From positions 1 through 64,000 of the forward strand of contig JAHBMJ010000001.1 of NCBI GenBank assembly GCA_018398765.1: 64,000 bases of DNA. The letters are read 5' to 3'. Shown here piece by piece: positions 48,087 through 59,040 of this stretch. The notes beneath the pieces were generated by a model. The model was not told the origin of the DNA. It did no database searches and saw only the letters and a list, made by a program, of their open reading frames with translations. Source of the DNA: Chromera velia (Eukaryota). The first letter of the stretch is position 1, and each line of letters starts with the position of its first letter. A program made the position numbers and the translations under genes.

Positions 48087-48942
48087 AGAATCTATCTAGC
48101 GAAGATGAATGCTGACTGCCAGTTGGCATGGGGACGTTGAGAGGCCTCAGCACACGGTGGTCCATGCCTAAGAGCTAGCCCGAGAAAAATTAAGCTCTAG
48201 ACCAGGCTGTAGTTACTAGTTAGAAGATGAACGGAGGTGTCTCTCTCTATTTTGAAAGTTCCGGAAGAAACATGTGGCAATTGTTAAGTCGTATAAAGAA
48301 TTAAAGGCGTGTACTCTAAAATCTATACTGAGATGATGTCTAAAAATCTCTCTACTCATACATATGCCTGCATAGAGGTCAATTTCTCGTGAACTATGAT
48401 AAGTTGGAACTTGATTTTCACAGTTCTTACGGATCAAATATAGGTCTATGAGCACCTTCAATATCAAATTCCAACTCATCATAATTCACAAGAAATTAGC
48501 GTCAAAAATATGTTAAATTTCTATGAATTTCTATCTTTAAATTCCTTTAGATTCCTCTAAATTCATGTCTCAATTCCTCTAAATTCCTGTGCAAATTTCT
48601 AAGTCCTTGCAGGGTAATTAACTAGGTAATTTAATTAAATATTTCTTAAATGTTTTTTTTCTGTCTCTCTGTTAGCCTAGCTGTTAGCAGGGAAGAGAAG
48701 CACTTAAGACCTGTTCTAAGTGTTCTTATCATGTCTGCCTCACTCCCGACCCTTAATCACCTGAATTGAAAAAATATACACAATAAAAATGTTTAAGAGC
48801 AATTTACTGTTTGATATTCCAAAGTTAATAATTTTTAATAACTTTTTGAATCATAATACATGCTGTAGGAGTCCGGATGTATGGTAATATTACAATTATT
48901 GATGACTGCTCTGCCAGCTCTGGTTTGTAATCTTTGGTCAGG

Positions 48943-51900
48943 TTAAAATCGAATGTTAAGGTCAAGTTGCTCGAGAGCCTCCCTTTCAAGGTCTGACACT
49001 GCAAGCCCTAAAACTCCAGAAGGATTCCCAAGTAGGCTGCTCCGCCGTGCACTGCCAGTCGACCCTCGATGAATCTGGTCTGCCTCTACTCCTGCATCTG
49101 CAGACCTTATGGAGGTAGTGGAGCCTCGAGCTGACCCTCTCAATTGGTGCAGAGTGTCCTTGCTGCCTTCTGTGTCTTTGCTCTCTGCAAAATTAGAGAG
49201 AAACAGACAGAGTTCTTGCCTCCATTCATTTATTCATTGAAGCATGCTCTCTGTTTCTTTTTTCTATGCCGTTCTCCTTTTTTCAACAAACCTGTTCTTT
49301 TCGTTTTTTCTCGCATGAAGCGTTCCATTGCATTTATAAGCAAGAGCCAGCTTCGGAAATGCAAAGGATCTCTTTCACGGCCTTCTCTTTCTCCAAGATA
49401 AACCAATAAACCAAAACAAAAATCCACCATGCGTTTATTTTCAGACAGAATTCTTTTCACAAAAAAAAAAAATTCTGTATGAAAATTAATGCTTTCTCCA
49501 AGATACAGAGAAAATCCCAATAAACCAAAATAGAAGTCCACCATGCACTCACCTCTTTGGCGTGTCAGACGCCTAGCATCTACCTCTCTCGTCTGCACAA
49601 ATCTGCTGGGCATCTGGCTCAGTGTCTTCGTCTGCTTCTCTCCCTGTAGCCGTGCCGTCTCCCTCCTCTGCTTCTCCCTCAAGTCCTCGTCCTCGTCAGT
49701 CAACTCTGCGTTTAGAAACAGGGCAGTGCTACCGGGGGCCCAGCTGCATGCACGTAATTTGATTTACGGCATTTATTTGCGTTGAAGTGAATAATCCTGC
49801 ATTCCTTCCATGCGTATCCTTGTTCGTATCGAAACTGCGCACAGAAAAACACATGCAGCACCATTCCCTTGGGCTGAACTGCGCGTGCGTTGCATACCGT
49901 TGCGTTGGATGAAGACAGTGAATATGTGTTCTTTCGAACATGCGCATTCATTCAAAAAAAAAAAGAGATCAAAACTACCCGGGGTTCAGATGCGCCCGAC
50001 CATGCACAAACAGCCATGCAGCCGACAAATATATAAGTATAGAGAGAGATGTAGAACCACCAGGAGAAATAAAAACCCAAGTCGAAAAAGAGGTGCGCTC
50101 ATCTAAAGAAAAAAGGAAAGAACCAAAGATAAGAGACAGCTAGACCGACAAAAAGAAGACTTTCCTTACCCTCTCATTAGTTCTCTCTGAAAAGCCTGCA
50201 AGCAAGCATTACGAAAGGCAGAGGGGAACGCAGAAAGAATACAAAGGGGCACATGCAGGGAGAAAAGCGGACATGCATACAGAGGTGGAAAAAGAAAAAC
50301 AAACCCCCTCTTTGAGTGAATGGTGGGACACTAAGCAAATTGCCCTTGGAAAGGCGCAAGAAAAAGAAGCAACAAAAGAAAAGTCCCCCCGATTCCCATC
50401 TCTCTCGGTCGGCCCTCTGTTCTTGCGGATGCATGGATGTCTTCTTTCTCTCGGACGCCGAAGACTACCGCGACTCTTTCCTTTCCGCCACTCTCTCAAT
50501 GACGTCATGGAAGCTTCAACTCATCTCTTGGCTCGTCTAGTGGACTGGCCGTCTCTCTGTGAACTGACAAAATGGTATTACCGTCTGGCAAACCGTCCGA
50601 CCAAATTACTAATCGATGCTCTGCAGGCCTGCTTAAATGTACAATCAAGCTGACAGACAATGTGAAAAAGTGCCCCGGGGGTCCGATTTCTGCACGTATA
50701 CAGTGACACAGAGCAGGACGTATCCGTTCTCTGTGCACAGGTGCAGTTTGCCGCTCACAAAAAAATCGATATCTACCCGCGTGGACGTCTACATGGCCTG
50801 TAGTGGTACGAATTCTTACATGAAGTCCACATAGGTATGCAAAACCAGGTGCAGCAAAAACGTTTCTCAAAATCTGTTGCCCTTCTAGTTGTGATAGTCT
50901 ATTTGGAAATGCAGCGCCGGCAAAAAATTGATTGAAGAGTTCAGAGCATTCACATGGCCCTATGACGAGAACGTGCGGATAGATGAAGCGACAAAAAAAA
51001 GCAATTGGCTTAATTCACACACGCACGTACGCTTTCTGTGCGAGAGGGGCGTTCTTCCGGGCCTCCTCTTGCATCTGCAGTGCCGTCTCCGCATCAGGGG
51101 CGAATCTGGATCCTCTTTTTCCCTGCAGCGACATAAATCTATTTGTGCGTCCATTCATTCATTCATTCATTCATTCATTCATTCATTCGTTCGTTCGTTC
51201 GTTCGTTCACTCATTCATTCATTCATTCGTTCGTTCGTTCGTTCGTTCATTCACTCATTCATTTGTTCATTCATTCATTCGTTCGTTCGTTCATTCATTC
51301 ATTCATTCACTCACTCACTCACTCTCTCATTCATTCATTCATTCATTCATGCATGCATTCATTCATTCATTCATTCATTCATTCATTTACTCACTCACTT
51401 ACTCACTCACTCATTCATTCATTCATTTATTCATTCATCTATTCAGAACACCCATTCAGTACACGATCGCGCTTTCCTCTTCTCTCATCTCCTCGGAGAA
51501 AGAAGAAGAACACACAGCTCAGTGAGTGCACTTGCAGTCAAGTCAGAAAGGAGAAACGGCGTCTCACAGGCATCAGAGAGGAGCAACACCCTAGGTGGAG
51601 GGTTCTTTCGGGCAGTGGCCTTTTTGTTCTCTACCCTGCATGCAGAAAGCCCATCCAACTCACTGACTGACTGACCAAGTTGAGGTCATATCCCTTCACT
51701 GCTCCCTGGAGAAGGGGGCCCTCGTATTTGCTGAAAAGCCCAGAGGGGCCCCCGGCAGAAGATGCGATGGAGTGGGACCGAAATCCGGGGCCCTGCTGAG
51801 AGACCACAGAGGACCCCCTGCTTCTGCTTCTGTGCCTTCCCCCCTGTCCAGTAAAGCTCTGAATTGACAGACGGCCCATCGCAGCAGCAGGTGCTGCATC

Positions 51901-52701
51901 TAGCGACCCTCTTGGACCCCCCGAGGCAGAGGCGGCAGAGAGAGAGCCCCGAGTACCGAAAGGAGGGGGGGAGAGGGAACTAGTGACAGACACACGGGGC
52001 ACACTGCCCCTCTGTACTCCTCCTCCACTGTGAGTACTAAAGGCACTCTGTGACTGTCTGCCAGATGCGTTTCCTCTCTGGTCTAATTGATGATGCGTTG
52101 CACCTGTCTCTCTGGCGAGTTTCACAAAATCCATCAGTCGGAGGCCCCACTGATTCTCCAGCAGTGCGTCTGGAATGTTGGCGTAAGAGGAGGAAGCAGA
52201 GGCTAGGCCTCCTCCCTCCCTTCCCTCTCCATCCTCTTCTGTGCTTTGCCCTGTAACGGCATCTACAGCGCCCTCCCGACTACTTCCTTTGCCGTCTTCT
52301 GACATTCTCTTTGAATGTCCCTCGGCTCTTTCACTTCCCTTCTCCTCTTCTTTCTGTCTTTGTTCCTTCATTGCCTCTAAGTGTTCTATAAAGTCGGGGG
52401 TGTACGCGGCCTTGTTGGAGCAGTCGATGTCTCGGTACAGTTCCCGCCGCCACCTCTCGAAATACTCTGCATAGCTCCGAGAGTCAAGGCACCTCTCTCC
52501 TGAAGCGAAGACGCTCTCCAAGGTGTTGTCATTCCAGGGAAGAGGGGAGGAAAGCAGAGCCTCTGCAGCCTCTCTGTGTTGATGACACGCTCCTCCGAAG
52601 AGGCGGTTTGCAACACCGTCAGCGGACATCGGACTGTCCGGGGGCAAGTCCGGGTAGGTTCCTGCTGGCAGGCAGGTGGGACGCTCGGGGGGTGACTCCA
52701 T
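48943..52701 (-). CDS. Hypothetical multi-exon protein; likely exons 52701-51676, 51122-51031, ~49705-49553, ~49183-48943, middle exons unresolved
   Basis: Long ORF from MESPPERP ending at a gtcagt donor; downstream GT-AG-bounded open segments. Phase between 51031 and 49705 not resolved. No known domain. Confidence 0.6.
51152..51445. repeat. (TTCA)n/(TTCG)n/(CTCA)n microsatellite, intronic
   Basis: Directly visible. Confidence 0.95.
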
Positions 52702-53537
52702 TGCTCCCAAATCGTTCCGAAGTTCTGTGACAGACGTTGCAGCAAAGGTTGAAACAAATTGAGGCTCAAACAACTCAGCGCGCGAAAGCGAATTGCCTAC
52801 CGCAATTGAACTCAAAGCCCTTCAAGAAAGATCCAATGCCAGCACGCAAAGAGTTTTCACTGCAACAGGTCAAGCCGCCCTATGCAGTTGACTCGATACA
52901 TGGACCGTCTACTGCCGGTTATATGCAGGCTTGTTGAGCATTCAATAGCATACAGCACAGTAGCACGTCGTCACGCCATTCAATCCGTCAAACTCTTTGG
53001 AACTTGAGTTGTCTAGATTCGATATGATTCGATGATTGTCGTCATCACAATCGTACGTATACGTACGTAGAAGCTGCAACGTGGTGCCACACGGGGGTGG
53101 TGAGTGTCTGACAGACACGTACAGCAATACTGAGCGACATACATCGCCAGGCAACACTGCAACAGCCATGATGAATGCAACACAACAGTGATCGTTCCAT
53201 TTCGCGCGGTTCAGTCTGACTCACTGAATTGGTGCATGAAGGCAAAATCTAAGTGCCCCGCTTCGCGCGCTTTCCGGGGCCATGCATCATTCCGAATTAA
53301 GGGAGACGGCAATGATTGAAGCTTGCATGTGACTTGTCGGGAGAGAGTAACTGGGTGATCATGACGGGAGTGTTAGCGCCCCTTTGCCTGCCATCAGCCA
53401 TCACCAGACGTCTTCTTCTTGGAGTCAACGAGGGTGCCTCTGCTGCACATCTGTAGAAATGATGCTCAGAAAACGGCAATCCCGATCAGTGGTGAGGTCA
53501 GGTGGAGACTGATAAGCTCTCACTTCGTTCTGTCAAG

Positions 53538-54752
53538 ATGTCAATGGTGAAGCGGCACTACGCCATCGTCGATGCGCTGAGCTTGGCGCTCGACTGGTAC
53601 TCCATTCTATTCAGCGTGTGCAGAAACACAGTAGGGCGTAAAGTGGATTCGGGTCAAATGGGGCCTGCATTTCTCGGGTTGGGGGCAGAAGGGGGTGCTC
53701 GGAAGCTCTTAGAGGAAGAGGGAAAGGACACGGAGACTTTACTGCGCACATTTCGAGAGAAATTACGACTTTGTATGCATACGTGCAAACCCCAGGTTGG
53801 GGCTATCGAGTTTCTTGAGCATCTCAGAGGGCATCTGGGTCTGAAAGTTCTGCTTGCGTGCGACTCGAGAAACGATACGGCCGGAATCATAGCGGATCAA
53901 GGTCGGTTGCCACTGCTATGGCGTGGCTCTCTCTGGTCACACATGCTCATTTTCTCAGTTGGATATCGTTGGTCTCTTTCCTTTCTTGTCTGCAGATTGG
54001 CTGAAGGGTTTACCTGTGCTCGACTCTTCCGACAAGAGCACATGGAGTGAAGTGCCCCCTTCCGAGGAGACGGTGGTGTTCTCTGGCTCAAAGGAATTCT
54101 CAGACAGGCTGCGAGGCTTTGGGTACGGCAGCTTTGCCGTCTCCAAGCAGGCACAGACAGAGACGTCCACTGCAGCGTCAGATGAAAAGCCGGAGGGCGC
54201 ACAGTCGTCTCCGTCTCCTCCCGCCCCCTCAGCTGCAGAGACTTCTTCTTCTTCTTTTCCGTCTCCGTTGAAGTGCACAGACCACGTGGACTGGGAAACG
54301 TCTAATGTTGGAGGGAAAGGGCCTGAGAGCACGCGGACGTACCCGTATTTAGTCACACCCCTGAAGGAGTTGGAGCCAGCGTGTCCAGAAAGAAAATTCT
54401 GGACAAAGACACTTGCATTTGAGTCAGTCTGACAACGCATGCGGAAAAGAAAACTTCAGACAAATGTGGTTGTATTCAGACACCGTTTGTTTCTTCCACC
54501 TTCTTGTATCGCTATTTTCTGTTGTCAGCTGACGACATGAGAAGAGAAGCTGCCCTCTCTGTTCCCCTCGGCCAGCGTCGTCCTCTCTCTCTCTATCTCT
54601 CAGTTGTGTGTCACTGTCCCCTTGCCCGTCTGTGTAACTGACTGCATCCTTTCTCCTCCTGTAAGTACTTGTCTGCACCCACAGGCTCCTTCCTTGTCTT
54701 CCCACTGCTCTTCTCACTGCCTGTCCACTCGAGTGACTTCCTTAGTTTCCCT

Positions 54753-54786
<34 letters not shown>

Positions 54787-56453
54787 CTTTCTCTCTTCTC
54801 TCTTTTTCTTTTTCCACAGGTCCCCCTTCTCAATTTCTGGGAAGGTCGTGAAGGGCTTCGGTCGAGGGAGCACCATGCTGGGCATCCCCACGGCAAATGT
54901 GGACAGCCCCCAACCTCTACCTGACCTCATGCCGGGTTGGTTTCTTTGTTTGGATGTTGGCCTGCCCGTTCGTTTGTGTGTTGTGTGTGTGTGGCCGCTC
55001 TTCTCCTTGCTCCCTTCTGCCTGTTTGTTCGTGTGTTGTGTGTGTGTGGCTGCTCTTCTCCTTGCTCCCTTCCTCCCTGCCTGCCTGCATCCTGCCTTCT
55101 TTTTTTAGAAAATTCATGCCAATCTACCTGTTTCTGTATTGGTCGGTTTTGCCTGTCTGTGCGTGCCTTTCTTTCCACTGAGAAAAGTCTTCAAATGGCA
55201 GTGAAGAGACAAAGCCTGACGGAGTCGGGGTGACAGGAAGGATGAACTTCCGAAGAGACGGACGAGCATGTGGATGGGGGGACTCTCATCCTCATCGCAT
55301 GCGAGGGCGCGGGAACCGAACGGCTGGGAGAGCCAGTAATAATAATATTATTGGGAAGAACCAATAAAATATTATTGGGAACCGAACGGCTGGGAGAGCC
55401 AATAATAATAATATTATTGGGAATCGAATGGCTGAGAGAGACGCGTGCCAGAAAGGAAAACGAATCAATTCAGAGAGAAAAAAAGACCTTGTCAGAAAGC
55501 CTCTCTTTCGTCTCTCTCAACATTTGTCTTTCTCCTCCTCTCTTTCCTCTCTTTCCACGGTTTTGTTTTGTATGTCTATGTGGCGGTGCAGGTGGGGGTG
55601 TATGTTCTATGTACGTGTGGGTGTGTGTGTGAGTGCAGGTGTGTACTACGGATGGGCGTCTCTGCCGGGACACTTTGAGCCCTTGGGTGCCCCCCAGAAA
55701 GTGTACGGAATGGTGATGTCTGTGGGGTACAACCCGTACTTTGATAATCAGAAAATGACAGTGGTCAGTCGTGCAGTCAGACGCCATCAACCGGGATCGG
55801 TTGCCATCCAGCTTCCCTTTTTTTTTTCCGTCGCTCCATCCCTTCATTCATTCGTGCATTCAAACCTTTCTACGTCGCTCTCATACATTTACCCCTTCCT
55901 CATTCATTTCCCAACCTGTTTCGCGCAGCCTGTCTGGAGAGTGAGGACCCAGAGAACAGTTGTGTGCGTGATGTCGATTCTCTCGGTGCGTGCAAGCTGA
56001 AATTCTCTCCGTATGTACGTATTTTTCAACCTACCTACCTGCCTGCCTGTCCGCCTGACGACAAGATGATGCCTGCAGGAGCCCTATTTGTATCACGAAT
56101 TCGGAGAGCTGTTTGTGGGTGCGCCCATCGCTTTGGTGGTTGTCGGGATGATTCGCGTCGAGGCTGCGTATGCGGAATTTGGTCCGTCCGTCCGTCCGTT
56201 CGTTCGTTTGTCCGCTTGTCAGCTTCTCCGAGAGAATTGATCAATCGATCAATCAAGCAGTCCTTCCATCCATCCATCCATGCATCCATCCATGCATCGA
56301 TCGAGTATGCCACAGTGCAGACAAGGGAAGGAAGGAAGCCAAAAAGGAGCATGGAGGGTGGATAAGAAATATCGTGGACCCGGAGAGAAAGACGACTTCC
56401 CTTGGAGGATGACAAGGAGTGCATTTGTGCGCACGTGTGTGCATCCACAGACA

Positions 56454-56492
<39 letters not shown>

Positions 56493-56959
56493 GCACACAA
56501 CCAACACCATCCCTGCCTGCCTGCCTGCCTGCCTGCCTTGATGTCTTCCTGCAATGAGGCCAACTGAGGCAGGAAATCCACTTGTATTCATTTGTGCATT
56601 CCTCCTGACGCATTTTTTGAGTGTGCAAGTCAGCCTAGCTGCTTTGCTAAATTTGTTTCCTTCTCTTCACTCAAACGATCAGCTGGACCCTCCCTCCCCC
56701 CCGGCATGTACGTCTGCATGCAGGCCTCTTGATCTTCTTTCTTTCTTTCTTTCTCGCATGTTTCTTTCTTTCTTTTCGAATGTGCATGTACTCATTTAAA
56801 TATTCCTGTCACGCACATTCTTCCCACTCAACTGCAGGCCACCTGATTCAGGCGATCCAAAACGACTGCGAGGTGGGACTCGGGGAGCTCGAGAAGGCGC
56901 CTGCAGAGGGGGCAAAGGAGAAGTTCCACGCGTTTCTGCAGTCGGGGGAACATGAATGA
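53538..56959 (+). CDS. RFK: Riboflavin kinase with N-terminal degenerate HAD-like domain, ~418 aa; exons 53538-53901, 53996-54422, 54820-54935, 55639-55763, 56079-56181, 56838-56959
   Basis: GKVVKGFGRGS..LGIPTAN, GVYYGWA, MVMSVGYNPYF, VEPYL..EF, IR.E, LIQAIQND are riboflavin kinase signatures; phase-consistent, 1257 nt. Confidence 0.92.
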
Positions 56960-58337
56960 TTGAATGCATGAGCGTCCCTGAAGAGAAGAGAGAGAAAAAG
57001 ACTTTCCCAGGGTCGTTGGTATGGTTGGTAGCGTTTCATGGAAGAAGTCCGATCAGTTCTCTCTCTCTCTCTTTGGCCGGTGCAACGTGCGAGCAAATTA
57101 AAACCCACGCAACACGTAGTAAGCAGACAGACCACCAGTGCCAGTAGAAAAGAGAGAGGGTGATCGGTTGGTCAGAAAAGAGAGAGAGGGAGCTTTGCAG
57201 ACAGACAGACAGACAGAGAGAGAGAGAGAGAGGTAGAAGACGGTGGTGGTTGATTGTTGTGGGCGGAGTAATTCAGTGGAGTGAAGATCGAAGAAGCACT
57301 GCGCCCAGAGATTGCATCAGGTACGTACCGGTGTTCTGGCAGAATCAAAAGGCTCTCTCAACGAAACGAAAAGAAAGAAAGAAACAGAAGAGAACAACCC
57401 CACATGCACACGCGTCGGTCTCCATGCAAAGAGCATGCAGTCATGCACTCTCCCGTTCGATTGGTTGGAGTGTAACAGGGGAGGGAAGGGAGTAGAGGGA
57501 GAGGGGACTACGAAGGCGGTGCAAAAACTGTGTCTGTCACGAATCTGCAGGCATGGTTAGCATTGTACTCGTATTCAAGGAAAGAAAGCGACCCTCTTTC
57601 TCTCACCTGCATATGTGCATACGTAGACAGAGGGAAATGCCAGTGGGAGCGGTGGACTTTTTTGTTCGATCGATGCGGTGGGCAGAAGTCATTCAAATCA
57701 ATTAACTTTATAGCAGTTTATACCGAATTGCAGAACGTTGATTGCAGTGATTTGTGAAGACATGCCATTGAATCAGGATGCGCTTCCTGCTTTTAACATG
57801 ATCTGACACCCAGTGTCGACGCTCGCACATGCATGGAAGCAGTCGTAAACTTACTGCCAGTGAGACAACTAAAGAAACAATTGAGCCTAATTATCGGATT
57901 ATTATTCATGCAGATGGTAGCATCGGACCTTATCTTTAAACGTCACTAGAAACGTCAGCTATATAGTTAGCTAAAAACAAAATCCTGTAAATTAAACCTT
58001 TATATGCAATGTAAAAGTGTATAAGAAACTGATAATGATATCAATATTTTATATATACTTCTTTTTTTATACCATTAATTTTCTAAACTAATTTGTACAT
58101 TTTTTTTTTAAACCATAAAAGAGTTATATAAACGCAAACTGATAATGCTTAACATTTGACTACTGATTTATGAGCATTATCAGTATCATATTCAGATAAT
58201 GATATTCTAACTCTTTTATAGGGGTGTAAGAATAGGGGAGGGGGGTGCGTTCGAGCTCTTAGGGCTGTAGATCAGACGGCATCCGCCTCGTTCAAGCTCT
58301 AGGGAGATCAGAGCTCTCTGAACGGGGACTCCCCCGT

Positions 58338-58591
58338 CTAGGCGCCGCACATAGAAAAAAAAAAAAAGTTGGGAAGGCCTAATTTTTTTTTTCTTTTTTT
58401 TTATTTTTTTTTTTCAACTATAATTTCAAGGGCCTCCAAAAGGAAAATTAAGAATCACTTTCGACTTTGAAACTTACTTTTCCACATAAAATATGAACCT
58501 AACTTTTGACCTAATATAAAAAAAAAGAAAAATAAAAAAAAAGTTGAGGACGCCTAATTTTTTTTTCTTTTTTTAAATATACGGCGCCTAG
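58338..58591. mobile_element. 254-bp MITE nested in the 58218-59960 element
   Basis: TIR CTAGGCGCCG / CGGCGCCTAG; flanks TCCCCCGT and CCCCCCAT (6/8, two transitions). Confidence 0.75.
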
Positions 58592-58619
58592 CCCCCCATT
58601 CGGGGAGCTCTAGGCAGAA

Positions 58620-59040
58620 ATCCATCCATCCCTCACTCCCTCCATCCATCCATCCATCCTTTACTCACTCCATCAATCCATGCATCCCTCACTCACTCCA
58701 TCAATCCATCTATCCCTTACTCACTCTATCAATCCATGCATCCCTCACTCACTCCATCCATCCATCCATCCGTCACTCCATCCATCCATCCATCTATCCC
58801 TCACTCACTCCATCAATCCACCCCTCAGTCACCCCATCACTCCATTCATCAATTTATTTATTCATCATTCCTGGATTATCCATCCACCTATCAGTCACTC
58901 CATCACTCCATCCATCCATCCAATGACATCCATCTATCCATCCATCCATTCATCTCTCACTCACTCCATCACTCCATCCATCAATTTGTCCATCTATCCT
59001 TCCATCCATCCATCTATCCATCCATCCATCCGTCAGTCAC
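58620..59040. repeat. (CCAT)n/(CACT)n degenerate microsatellite
   Basis: Directly visible. Confidence 0.9.
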
